A DNA stretch of 63,245 nucleotides, filler included, from Octopus bimaculoides (GCF_001194135.2; 5 parts of 5 records of this genome joined end to end with filler, not necessarily neighbours in it); one strand, 5' to 3'; positions 13,201 to 25,439 are shown, counted from the first letter of the whole stretch. Program-made: numbers and translations. The notes: generated by a model not told the origin, from the sequence alone.

Positions 13201-13967
13201 GATCTGATGGAGGGAGGGAGCTAATATGCCACACACACACATATGATCACTATAAATACACCATTTGTGTAGGTCATTCAGGTTCTCTAAGCCCTGTAAA
13301 AGAACTCAGAAGGTCCTTTGCGCACACCCTCCAAGCCAAGAACTTCTCAGCAGCCCCTCGTGTGTGTGTACATATGTATATATATATATATATATATCAT
13401 ATCATATGGATATCTGGGTGCATGTATATAAATATAAACATACATATATTTCTAAATATAACCATATATAGATAATACGGATATGTGCATGTAAAATGTG
13501 TACGTATAAACAGAACAAAAAGTGGCGTGGTGGGGAGACACAAGAGGAAATAAAACGAGGAAATGATGTGATTCTTATAGTCTACCTTTTGTGGTTCCAT
13601 ATTACCATTTCTATTCATGTAATATTTTCCTTCACTTAAAGTAATGCTTATATGAATTATAGACATGGCATGCTTATATACATATATATCATACCGCTTC
13701 ACTTCCTTTATCAATTTGTACAAATACATGCATATAGATGTACCTACATACACACATGTATAAGTATAGAAGTGCATACTCTCATAGATACATACATAGC
13801 CATACATGCACTTACAAGCATATATCAGTATAATATGATTTCTGAAATATATTTATCACATAATACGATTTATTTCCCTTATACATACATGAATATACAT
13901 ACATGAATATACATACGCGTAGTCGTACAGTATATACGTAAATACATAGATATATATACATATATAC

Positions 13968-14011
<44 letters not shown>

Positions 14012-14111
14012 NNNNNNNNNNNNNNNNNNNNNNNNNNNNNNNNNNNNNNNNNNNNTTAATTAATTAANNNNNNNNNNNNNNNNNNNNNNNNNNNNNNNNN
14101 NNNNNNNNNNN
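14012..14111. other. Assembly spacer: 44 N + TTAATTAATTAA + 44 N (also 28594-28693, 39742-39841, 60038-60137)
   Basis: Identical 100-bp pad four times; the 12-mer puts stop codons in all six frames, so it is a scaffolding artefact. Confidence 0.95.
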
Positions 14112-14475
14112 GACATGTATGCACGTATGTATAATCGGACATACATGCATGCAAACACGTGTACATATATATAAATGCACGTCCAGGCATAGAAACATAT
14201 GGGTAACATATATATAAACACATATACACAAACATGTGTGTACATACATACAAACTCACATTAGGCATACATGCGTACACATGTACATATATACAAACAC
14301 ACATCCAGACATACATGCATGCACATGTGTACAACCAGACATGCAGGCATAAATGTGTGCAACCAGATGCTCATGTACATGACCAGACACAAATGCATAC
14401 ACATGTGTATGACCAGACATGTATGCACGTATGTATAATCGGACATACATGCATGCAAACACGTGTACATATATA

Positions 14476-14512
<37 letters not shown>
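14112..14512. repeat. Degenerate CA-rich minisatellite (about 24-bp units with accagaca core) with a near-exact ~60-bp direct repeat
   Basis: gacatgtatgcacgtatgtataatcggacatacatgcatgcaaacacgtgtacatatata at 14112 and 14416. Confidence 0.85.
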
Positions 14513-14517
<5 letters not shown>

Positions 14518-15261
14518 GACACAATTCACAAATTAATACTGACCTCTGTTAACTGGAACGTTTCCAGCTTCTTAATCATCCTGGCAACTGCATCATTGTG
14601 TTGTGCCCAAAGAGCTTGGCTCCCGATATGTGTATGAATGCCATCATTGAGGGCTTTTTGTGAAAGATGTAGTAACCTGCGCACAGCCTCTAAGTTATAC
14701 TCGAGTTTTAGAACTGGGAAAAATGAGAGAAGGGAAAAATACACTAACTGTTTATACTCACACACAAACACACACACACATACATACATATATAACAAAA
14801 GGGGGTGTATTTCCATGCAGGAGAAAATATAGAAAAATTTGTGGTTGAAAATGCACCTGAATTTGAAAAACTTGTAATTGTTTTTAAATAAATTTATTTA
14901 CATACATTCCAAACTAGTTTCAACAATATTTTTTGTTTATTAATGTTAAAAGTTTAAAATTACAAAGTAGAAAAACATGTTTAAAAAGATCCAATGTTTA
15001 CAAAATTCAATAATATCGATTATGACTTAAATGTTCACAACGTTCAATAAAAAACGTGGATCGTCTTGTTTAAATACACAAAATTCAATAGTGTTAGAAG
15101 TGATCGATAAGAAATGTGGATCACCAAGGGTTTGATCATACTAAGTTAAACTAGCTCGTTAAGAAAATCTCTATAAGAAACGAAAGCAGAATTTATACTG
15201 AGAAGTAATGTTTAACACCATCTAAACACGGGAACAGATGATACCTGTTATTTCAACTATA

Positions 15262-15460
15262 GGAGGACACCTTCTTCCAGCTGGTTGTTCAGTGCGCTCC
15301 ACACTCTATATACACTGCAAGCAGGGAGAGAACTCTCTACTATTCCAGCTTCAGGACCACCAACACAATGGTTTCAACCTTATCTACAAATATTCGTCTG
15401 CTACATGTCTGATGGATGCTTGACTGTGCATTGGATAACCAGCTGAAGGTGGTGTCCTCC
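15262..15460. repeat. Imperfect ~37-bp inverted repeats enclosing ~125 bp (MITE-like or hairpin)
   Basis: ggaggacaccttcttccagctggttgttcagtgc versus reverse complement of right arm ggaggacaccaccttcagctggttatccaatgc. Confidence 0.7.
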
Positions 15461-15895
15461 AGTGGCGGCTATTCCAGTGTTTGGGTGGCAATAGTTATTA
15501 CCTATATATANNNNNNNNNNNNNNNNNNNNNNNNNNNNNNNNNNNNNNNNNNNNNNNNNNNNNNNNNNNNNNNNNNNNNNNNNNNNNNNNNNNNNNNNNN
15601 NNNNNNNNNNNNNNNNNNNNNNNNNNNNNNNNNNNNNNNNNNNNNNNNNNNNNNNNNNNNNNNNNNNNNNNNNNNNNNNNNNNNNNNNNNNNNNNNNNNN
15701 NNNNNNNNNNNNNNNNNNNNNNNNNNNNNNNNNNNNNNNNNNNNNNNNNNNNNNNNNNNNNNNNNNNNNNNNNNNNNNNNNNNNNNNNNNNNNNNNNNNN
15801 NNNNNNNNNNNNNNNNNNNNNNNNNNNNNNNNNNNNNNNNNNNNNNNNNNNNNNNNNNNNNNNNNNNNNNNNNNNNNNNNNNNNNNNNNNNNNNN

Positions 15896-16008
15896 GGAAC
15901 CTTAGGTGTTTTCGCTCAATAAACACTCACAACGCCCAGTCTGGGAATCGAAACCGCGATCCTATGACCGCGAGTCTGCTGTCCTAACCACTGGGCCAAT
16001 GCGCCTCC
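15896..16008 (-). mobile_element. SINE family C head (remainder in gap)
   Basis: Near-identical reverse complement of 10884-11000. Confidence 0.9.
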
Positions 16009-16579
16009 ACACACACACACACACACATACACACACATATATATATATATGTATACATATATAAACTCATACACACACACTCACACACATATATATATAT
16101 GTATAAACACATACACATATATAAACTTGGACACACATACTCATTAAAGACTGTGTGTTTTATGAGGGAGGTTTTGCTGCTATTTCTAGCAAGTTGTTTG
16201 ACTACCGTGACGTCCTCCTCACAGCAGTAGTAAGACGTTGATCAAGTGCAGGAGTTATGTACCTTAGGTAAGTTAGCTGCGCTCAAGTAGAGAAAAGTTG
16301 TCTTACCCTGAGTTAAAACCTCTTCCAATGTGTGGAAGAGATATTTCTGTGTGTTACCACTGAGGCTGGACAGTTTAGTGGTTATTAATATTTCTAGCAG
16401 CTGCAACAGGAAACACAAAGATTACAAATGAATAAATAAACAAATAAATAAACAAATAAATAAATGAATGAATAAGTAAGTCTGTATAGAGGCACGAGTG
16501 TCTATATATTTAGATGCGTGTGCATGAGCATGTGTGTGTATGAGCATTTTGTGCATATATATATATATAATATATAGAT

Positions 16580-17196
16580 TCTTCTACTTGTTTCAGTCAT
16601 TTGACTGTGGCCATGCTGGAGCACCACCATAGAGGGTTTTACACAAAGAAATCGACCTGCTGGACTTATTCTTTGTAAGCCTAGTACTTATTCTGTCTGT
16701 TTTGCTGAACTGCTAAGATACAGGAACATAAACACACCAACATCGGGTGTCAAGCGATGCCAGGGAGACAAACACAGACACAAAGACAAATACACACACA
16801 CAAACACACATATATACATACATACATACATACAACAAGCTTCTTTCAGATTCTTGTTTCTTTACTGCCCCCAAGGGGCTACACACAGAGGGGACAAACA
16901 GGGACAGACAAACGGATTAAGTCGATTATATCGACCCCCCAAAAGGATGAAAGGCAAAGTCGACCTCGGCAGAATTTGAACTCAGAACATAGTGGCAGAC
17001 GAAATACCGCTAAGCATTTCGCTCAGTGTGCTAACATTTCTGCCAGCTCGCCACCCTCCAGTTTCTTTCGGTTTCTGTCTTCCAAAATCCACTGACACGG
17101 TTTTGGTTGGCCTGAAGCTATAGTAGAAGACACTTGCATAAGGTCCCAGGCACTGGGACTGAACCTGGAACCATGTGGTTGAGAAGCAAGCTTCTT
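16580..17196 (-). mobile_element. SINE family A containing a nested family B copy
   Basis: Family A tail at 16580, internal (CA)/(CATA) tract, head sequence runs into gap at 17197. Confidence 0.85.
16850..17059 (-). mobile_element. SINE family B nested in family A
   Basis: Matches 39337-39572; flanked by degenerate 12-bp TSD agcttctttcag (16838-16849) and agtttctttcgg (17060-17071). Confidence 0.85.
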
Positions 17197-17878
17197 NNNN
17201 NNNNNNNNNNNNNNNNNNNNNNNNNNNNNNNNNNNNNNNNNNNNNNNNNNNNNNNNNNNNNNNNNNNNNNNNNNNNNNNNNNNNNNNNNNNNNNNNNNNN
17301 NNNNNNNNNNNNNNNNNNNNNNNNNNNNNNNNNNNNNNNNNNNNNNNNNNNNNNNNNNNNNNNNNNNNNNNNNNNNNNNNNNNNNNNNNNNNNNNNNNNN
17401 NNNNNNNNNNNNNNNNNNNNNNNNNNNNNNNNNNNNNNNNNNNNNNNNNNNNNNNNNNNNNNNNNNNNNNNNNNNNNNNNNNNNNNNNNNNNNNNNNNNN
17501 NNNNNNNNNNNNNNNNNNNNNNNNNNNNNNNNNNNNNNNNNNNNNNNNNNNNNNNNNNNNNNNNNNNNNNNNNNNNNNNNNNNNNNNNNNNNNNNNNNNN
17601 NNNNNNNNNNNNNNNNNNNNNNNNNNNNNNNNNNNNNNNNNNNNNNNNNNNNNNNNNNNNNNNNNNNNNNNNNNNNNNNNNNNNNNNNNNNNNNNNNNNN
17701 NNNNNNNNNNNNNNNNNNNNNNNNNNNNNNNNNNNNNNNNNNNNNNNNNNNNNNNNNNNNNNNNNNNNNNNNNNNNNNNNNNNNNNNNNNNNNNNNNNNN
17801 NNNNNNNNNNNNNNNNNNNNNNNNNNNNNNNNNNNNNNNNNNNNNNNNNNNNNNNNNNNNNNNNNNNNNNNNNNNNNN

Positions 17879-18181
17879 TTTTGGCTGATATACCCTCCAG
17901 CCTTCGTCAGGTGTCTTGATTTCGAACCTGGGTTCTCATTCCTAACGATGTTACTATTATTATATTATTATTATTATTATTACTATTATTAATCAGGTCG
18001 CTGCCGTGAATCGAACTCGGAACCTTGGGGTTAGTAGCCCGCGCTCTTAACCACTACGCCATATGCCCGTAGTTTCCCCAAGACACCTGACGAAGGCTGG
18101 AGGGTATATCAGCCAAAACGTTGTGTTAACAACAAAAAAGATGAGGACAAATATCCGTCAAATGTAAATAATGTAAATAAT
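17879..18181 (-). mobile_element. tRNA-headed SINE with hammerhead-bearing Penelope-like tail, plus an inverted copy of its own tail
   Basis: Minus strand: tRNA-like head (18070 to 17993; tggcgtagtggtt, gagttcgattc), (AAT)n, linker, hammerhead tail into gap; plus strand 18071-18181 repeats the tail in inverted orientation. Confidence 0.8.
18082..18127 (+). ncRNA. Minimal type-I hammerhead ribozyme motif (G12 mutated to A in this copy)
   Basis: gacac-CTGACGA-a-GGCTG(gagggtatat)CAGCC-aAAA-CGT-T-gtgtt: stem I gacac/gtgtt, stem II 5 bp, loop-less palindromic ACGT stem III. Confidence 0.7.
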
Positions 18182-18616
18182 GAGAATGTTATATTGTTCA
18201 GTAATTTATGCGTCATAGAGCAGAGAGAAGAGAATGTTTATATGTTTTGGATTCATCTTACGATGAACGTAAACAAGTGAACTAGGATTGCTTTCAGAAT
18301 CTTAGATGTGTCTAAGAAAGTTTAAGAAGACAAATGAAATTCCTAGACGTAGAATAATGCCACTAATATAATTTGAAACAGGATAAATAACTCCTATCTT
18401 TGCTGAATAATGTGAAAGCAGTAAATGAATGATATGGATGTACGAAAGAGCCATGAAATCAAATGAATAAGGTTAATTGAGCACAACGTATTGAACATCA
18501 TAGGAAGTAATGTTTATGTTAAGTTGAACTGAAAGTAATGTTTCAGTATATGTTTATAGATGTTATTGGTGTTCTTATTTGGGTTCAAAAATTAAGAGTG
18601 TTTAGATAACATATAT

Positions 18617-19190
18617 CAAGCGATTTGACCCAGACTGCCTTCTTCCAACTGTTAAACATGGAGGAGGATCTGTGATTATGTNNNNNNNNNNGGGGCTATA
18701 TCTTGGAAATCCGTTGGCCCAATGGTTTCCCTTCATGGCAGAATTAATAGTCAAGACTATTTAAACATTTTATCTGATCAAATTCATCCTGTGACTGCGG
18801 AACTGTTTCCGGAGGGAAACAATCTTTCAGGATGATAATGCACCAATTCACACAGCTAAAGTTGTTACTGAATGGCACAAGGAACATTCTAGTGAAGTTG
18901 AACATCTTATCTGGCCACCGCAGTCCCCAGATCTCAACATTATTGAACATTTATGGTGCATTTTAGAAAAACATGTAAGGAGTCGATATCCTCCACCATC
19001 ATCACTACAAGAACTGGAGACTGTTTTAGATGAAGAATCGACAAAAATTCCTTTGGAAACAATTTAAACTTTGTACGAGTCCATACTTCATAGGATTCAA
19101 GCTGTAATTACTACCAAAGGCAATCCTACCCCATATTAAAATAAATTTGTTTGAAATTTTAAGGTGTTTCCAATATTTTGTCCAACCCCT
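18617..19190 (+). mobile_element. Tc1-like transposon 3' half, decayed transposase with DD36E spacing
   Basis: PTVKHGGGSV...GAISWKSVGPMV...QDDNAPIHTAKVVTEWHKEHSSEVEHLIWPPQSPDLNIIEHLW...GNPTPY* (stop 19137-19139); right TIR ...tattttgtccaacccct; frameshift and internal stop present. Confidence 0.92.
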
Positions 19191-20009
19191 AGACCCAGGA
19201 AGACCTGGGATGAGGTGGTGAAGCACGATCTTCGAACATTAGGCCTCACCGAGGCAATGACTAGTGACCGAGACCTTTGGAAATATGCTGTGCATGAGAA
19301 GACCCCGCAAGACAAGTAAGACCATAACCCATTGCTTTTACCAGGGGTGTAGCCAGCCCAATTATGCATACCTTTCCTTCTTTGGACACAAAACCCTGCT
19401 TGCAAAGACCTGTTGAGGCAAGTGAAATCGAAATCGAACCAAATTTGACAACTGGCACTCATGCTAACCTTCCTTCATTGGACACTAAACTCTGCTTGCA
19501 AAGACCTGTTGGGGAAAGTGGAATTGAAACTGAACCAAATTCAATGACTGGCACCCGTGCCAGTGGAGCGCTAAGAGCACCATCCAAGTGGGATCACTGC
19601 CAGAGCAGCTGTCTGACTTCTGTGCCAGTGGCACATAAAAAGCACCATTCGAGCATGATCGTTACCAGCGTCGCCTTACTGGCATTTGTGTTGGTGGCAT
19701 GTGAACAAAACATTTGAGCGAGGTTGTTGCCAGTGCCACTGGACTGACTCCTGTGCAGGTGGCATGTAAAAAACACTATTTGAGCATGGCCGTTGCCAGT
19801 ACTGCCAGAGTGGCCCTCATGCCAGTGGCACGTAAAAACACCCACTACACTCTCGGAGTGGTTGGCATTAGGAAGGGCATCCAGCTGTAGAAACTCTGCC
19901 AGATCAGATTAGAGTCTGGTGCAACCATCTGGTTCGCCAGTCCTCAGTCAAATCGTCCAACCCATGCTAGCATGGCAAGCGGACGTTAAACGATGATGAT
20001 GATGATGAT
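19191..20009 (+). mobile_element. 5'-truncated RTE-clade LINE: ORF C-terminus, ~690-bp 3'UTR and (GAT)n tail
   Basis: RPRKTWDEVVKHDLRTLGLTEAMTSDRDLWKYAV...K* (19191-19319) is the typical RTE ending; terminates ggacgttaaacgatgatgatgatgatga. Confidence 0.88.
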
Positions 20010-20869
20010 ATAAATTTAAGTTACAAAATATGAATTCAACTAATCTGGTGCTACTCATATAAAAAAAAGGTCCTTAATGTATCAATCTACAAAACATAGA
20101 ATATATTGTACAGAACAAAAGAAAACCATAAGGAGTGTATAAAGTTATAAATAACAAGAGAGATACAGCATGATAACATTTATTTAACCACTGGAAATTC
20201 TTATATCACAACAATTGTTTCGCAACTTAAAACATGCAAAGAAAATTTATTTTATTATATTTTATAATAAGTAAATTACTTCCATGTCTGCATTAGTATA
20301 AACAATCTTTAAATCAATACAGATATTAAGCTAGCCCATCGGGTGAGAAGAAATCAGTTAAAAACTAATCCCTCGACATAACATTTCAAGAACTCCGTGT
20401 GACTGTGTTAGAAATGACAAGTGTATCAAAAGAGAATTGTTTTCAAAGATGTTCTCCCCAAAGACTTCATCATCAGTACGACATATGTGAGCTTTAATCA
20501 ACTCAAGAATCAAACACTTCAGGAAAAAAATAAACAGATTTTCATAGAAATTATATGCTTCATGGTTTTCTATAAACTTCCAACAGTTGATAACTAAAGT
20601 ACCACTGAATCACTACAGTCATTATCACCAACTATCCCCCCCCCCCCCGGGCCAATAAATTTCAAGTCTTGACACCCCCTCACCCTCTCTTTCTCACAGA
20701 ACCCTCACCCCCGTTCCTCAGTCACATAGAATAACAGACTGCTTATCCAGCTCCCAGAAATCCAGGAATACTGTACTCTTTATTGAGTAAACAGACCCTA
20801 TGTTTGAAGCTGGTTCATCTGCATATGGTGTAATAGAAATAGCTATGTGAGGCTGTATGGTAAGAATAA

Positions 20870-21540
20870 GTGCAGGCATGACTATGTAAGCAGCTTACTT
20901 TCCAACCACGTGGTTTTGGGTTCAGTCCCACAGCGTGGCACCTTGGACAAGTGTCTTCTACTATAGCCTCGGACCAACCAAAGCCTTGTGAAGGAAACTG
21001 AAAGAAGCCTGTCATATATATATATCATCATCATCATTGCCGTTTAACGTCCATCTTCCATGCATGCATGGGTAGGACAGTTGACAGGAGCCTGCCAGGT
21101 AGAAAAACTACCTTGGGCTGTATATATATANNNNNNNNNNNNNNNNNNNNNNNNNNNNNNNNNNNNNNNNNNNNNNNNNNNNNNNNNNNNNNNNNNNNNN
21201 NNNNNNNNNNNNNNNNNNNNNNNNNNNNATATATATATATATATAGATGTCTAAGAGTTCATAAGTCAGAAAAAAATGCACTCGTATATCTGTCAGTAGA
21301 GTGGGTATATTAATCAAAGTGTACAGGGTAATGATACATAATACTGTACACCTTGATTAATATATTGCGGGAGTGTGTGTGCGTGTTGGTGAACAAACCA
21401 CCACCGTTTGACATCTGGTGTTGGCTTGTTTACATCCCTGTAGCTAAGTGGTTCAGCAAAAAAAATGCTTCAAGGCACTGCCCCAGCATGGCCACAGCCA
21501 AATTACTGAAACACGTAAAAGAAAAAAAGATAAAAGCTGT
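20870..21540 (+). mobile_element. SINE family A split by an RTE-tail insertion and a gap
   Basis: Head 20870-21015; body and tail 21365-21540 ending actgaaacacgtaaaagaaaaaaagataaaag. Confidence 0.75.
21024..21110 (-). mobile_element. RTE 3'-tail fragment
   Basis: atcatcatcatcattgccgtttaacgtcc...ccatgcatgcatgggtaggac is the reverse complement of the 19960-20009 type of tail. Confidence 0.7.
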
Positions 21541-21904
21541 TCTTTACCTCTGCTTCAGAAATGTATTAACTTGCCCCTGTTAGATAAAATTGTGTTCTTT
21601 ACTTTTCTCCATCTCATACATAGTATAGTATGATACATTTTAAACATTATAAATGAATTAATAAATATCAAACAGACCCTGCTTTAGATGTGTATTGTCT
21701 TCTACTATAGCGTCGGGCTGATCAAAGCCTTCTTAGAGGATTTGGTAGATGGAAACTAGAAGATTATACAGGTCAAACAAAGCTTACTCTCAGAAATAGA
21801 CTGATCATCCACCAACAACAAATACAAGACTCCAGTACAAGACAGATTCCACTGAGTGGACAGATAAAAATATGTGCAAAAAATAAGTCCCCCAAATTCC
21901 AGGT

Positions 21905-22038
21905 CTTCTCACAGCTAGGTTTCTTTCTCTAAAGAAGTTTCTATAAAGCTAGTTTTTAAACATCAAATGGCTATGGGGTCCACCAGAATAAAATAGTAAT
22001 CAAAGGGGTTCATCGATAAAAAATGGTTGAGAACCCTT
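21905..22038. mobile_element. Fragment of the hAT-like MITE at 49472
   Basis: aagaagtttctataaagctagtttttaaacat...ggggtccaccagaataaa...aaatggttgagaaccc shared with 49850-49970. Confidence 0.75.
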
Positions 22039-22089
22039 AAGTTAGATATATCACTATTATTATGTGAATTAGAGTTCTAAGTACATGAC

Positions 22090-22528
22090 GAATTATTGTT
22101 TTAACAAATATTCTGTTCAATACCACAGATTTGCTTGTCAGTTGCTTGACCTTAACCCCTTGAGCATGTCTCTTAGTGGTTGACAGTATGGGCATCTCTG
22201 ATCATGAGCAAGAGTAGTGGGAGAGTATTATAGCCAAGTCTTGAGAGGAATTCTTTATGGTTTGAATAAATATCATAACAAAATCAAAATTTTCATACTT
22301 CCTAGGGGTCAGCAAATAGGAAATAACAATTGCTACCCAAGGGTAAAAATCATGTTACACAGTATAATTCATACCTGTGTTTAGGCATGGCTGAGTGGTA
22401 AAGTTTGTTTCCCAGCCACATGGTTCCAGGTTCAGTCTCACTTGGGCAAATGTCTTCTACCATAGCCTTGGGCTAACCAAAGACTTGTGAGTGGATTTGG
22501 TAGATGGAAACTGAAAGAAGTCCATCAT

Positions 22529-22559
<31 letters not shown>

Positions 22560-23735
22560 CATGTGTGTGTGTGTGTCTTTGTGTCTGTGTTTGTATCCCT
22601 ACACCACTTGACAACTGGTGTTATTGTGTTTACATCCCTATAACCTAGCGCTTCAGCATAAGAGACTGACAGAATAAGAACCAGGCTTTAAAAAAAAACA
22701 AGTACCAGGGGTCGAGACATTTCACTAACAATTCTTCAAGGTAGTACCCCAGCATGGCCACAGTCAAATGACTGAAACAAGTAAAAGATAAAATACACAC
22801 ACACACACTTACAATATATATATTTAAGGTGAGTGAAAGTGTTTACTCACAGAACAAACATAGTTGAATCTCCGAACATCCTTCACAGCTCCACTGAGAT
22901 CGAGTCGGATGAAAGCTTCACTTACACTCGTGTGAATTTTCCTCTGGAAATATACGAAATTTAGATAAGTGATTCTCAGTTGATAATAACTGAGTAGTGT
23001 AAATACTAATGAGTGGGTGATATATGAGTATGAGTGTTGGAATGACAGAATCTGTTGAAACAGTGTTAGGAAAAAACATAATAGAGGTGAGTGATGGTGC
23101 TGAGTGAGTGCAGGAGAGGTGTAAGGCAGAGTGAATGAGTTGAGTGTTTGGATTGAGCAAGAATCGATGGAGATACAGTGAAGAATGAGTGAATGTGAGT
23201 GATGAATAAAGTGAGCACAAGCACAATGATGGATTAGTGAATGATAACTAAAGTGAGGGTGAGAAGGTGACATTCATCCTTCATGATTCTGAAGATGACC
23301 AGACTACGCTGTGTAATTTCCTTTGTCCTTCTGTCTAGAAATCAAAGGAAATGACCACGATTCCCTTCAAACTTTGCTTTTGTCACCTGGACATCGATGT
23401 TTTCAAACTGACCTATTTTCCATTACATTTCAGACAGATCCAGTGCTGGGTTGTTGAGGCAGAAATATCATTATAGCCATTATTCTGCTCAATACCACAG
23501 ATTTGCTTGACCTTAACAACTCGAGCATGTCCCTTAGTAGTTGACAATATGTGCATCTCTGATCACGTGGGGGATCATCACAGCCATATGATGAGAGGGA
23601 TTCTTTGGGGCTTGAATAAATGTAACAGAAGCAAAGTTTGGAGGAAATATCAGCAAATTTTTCATGCTTTGTAGGGGTAAGCAAATAAGAAATAACAGTT
23701 GCTTACCCAAAGGTAAAAATCACGTTATACAGTGT
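22090..23735 (+). repeat. Diverged ~270-bp direct repeat pair (22090-22365 and 23470-23735)
   Basis: ttctg.tcaataccacagatttgcttg...gagcatgtc.cttagt.gttgaca.tatg.gcatctctgatca and taggggt.agcaaata.gaaataaca.ttgct.ccca..ggtaaaaatca.gtta.acagt present in both. Confidence 0.8.
22378..22795 (+). mobile_element. SINE family A, near full length
   Basis: Head ggcatggctgagtggtaaag, internal (TG)n, tail atgactgaaacaagtaaaagataaaa. Confidence 0.85.
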
Positions 23736-24510
23736 TATCAGGTTTACTCTTCGAGGGTCCTGAAGAGTTTTGTTTGGTCAATATTGGCATAAATTAAGAC
23801 AGTGAACTGGTAAAATTGTTACCATGCTGGACAAAATGTTTAGCAGTATTTCGTCCACTCTAAATTCAAATTCCACCAAGGGCAACTTTACTTTCCGTCC
23901 TTTTAAGGTGGATAAAATAAGTACCAGATGAACACTGGGGTTGATGTAAACAATGTACCCCTCCCCTCAAATTACTGGCCTTGTGCCAAAATTTGAAACC
24001 AATATTGGCATAAATTCTACAATTAGAGTGGGGTTACATGATAAAAGAATCAGGATCCAGTGGGAATCTTGCTTTCCTTGCAGCTCCCACTTTTTTTTAG
24101 TTTCCCTGGTTATATCTGATTCTGTGTGCTGTACTCCACAGGAGCCTATGTGACACTGGGTGATCTTGAGTAGGATGTTCCCATCTTGACTGTTCTAAGT
24201 TATACTTTTCAAGGTTATCTTTGGTCCACCATGTAATCAAGAACCAACAGCAGGTAGAATAAAGGATCAGACTGTGTGTGAGTGATGAGTGAAGACGTGT
24301 GAGTGATGAGTAAAGTGTGAGTGATGTGTGGGTGTGAGTGATGAGTGAAGTGCATGTAAGTGATGAGTGAAGTGCATATGTGAGTAATGAGTGAAGTGAG
24401 TGATGAGTGGAGTGAGTGATGACTGAAGTGCATATGTGAGCAATGAGTGAAGTGAGTGATGAGTGAAGTGTGTGTGTGATGAGACACATACATACATACA
24501 GAGTGATGAA
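22960..24510. repeat. Two GTGAGTGATGAGTGAA-type degenerate minisatellite tracts (22960-23270 and 24275-24510)
   Basis: Read directly; source of the His/Ser/Thr-rich antisense ORFs. Confidence 0.8.
23796..24000 (+). mobile_element. SINE family B with 16-bp TSD
   Basis: aatattggcataaatt at 23780-23795 and 24001-24016 flanks a family B body. Confidence 0.85.
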
Positions 24511-25214
24511 GTAGGAGTAAACTGATGGATCTTGTTGAAGAAACTCCAAAGGAATCTGTTGGATTTTCACCACTCCCCCCTTCAGCCCCNNNNNNNNNNC
24601 TCTCTTGAGGTGCCTTTCACAAACTGAATATGTGGTTGGTGGTTGACGTGTGTGTTTTCTTGGCGCCAATACCAATCTGTCAAGGCCAATCGAACTAACC
24701 TGTTTCAAAGACACAACAAAACAACAAAAGATAAGGGATGGCTCCACCACTTCACACTATTTCTCTCCCTCTCTCACTCTCACTCTCTCTCTCTACCTCT
24801 CTCCTTCCCACTCTCTCTCTCTCCCTCTCACTCTCTCTCTCTACTTCTCTTCATCTACAAAACAAAATAAAAACACAAATCAGTATAAACAATTTACACG
24901 GTATTGTTACGGACAGATGTGAGTGCATATCAGAGTTGCTAAGCGTAGAGGCCAGATGCAAAGGGTCAGCATATGTACAGAGACGAAGGAAACATGAAAC
25001 AGCATAATAACAACATCAAAAGAGGAATGGAATGATATTCATAAATCTATTTGCTGGCTGTGGTCAGTTAAATTTACTTAGGAGTCATTGACAATAGTAA
25101 TGACATGTTGGTGGTTTGCTGGTTGTTGGCAGTGTGTAAACTATGCATTCTGCTGACAGAGAGGAAGAAAGGGTAAGCAATGCTATTGCTCCTGGTTAAC
25201 GAGTGACAGGAAAA

Positions 25215-25386
25215 GGTGCAGGTGTGGTTGTATGGTTAAGAAGCCTGCTTCCCAACCACATGGTTCCAGGTCCAGTCCCACTGTGTAGCACTTTAGGCAA
25301 GTGTCTTCTACTATAGCTTCGAGCCAACCAAAGCCTTACAAGTGGATCTGGTAGATGGAAACTGAAAGAAGCCCGTCATATATATA

Positions 25387-25439
<53 letters not shown>

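Noticed and set aside
14056-14067. TTAATTAATTAA palindrome repeated four times as a possible regulatory or recombination site
   Set aside because: Always centred in an exact 100-bp N pad; an assembly spacer, not biology.
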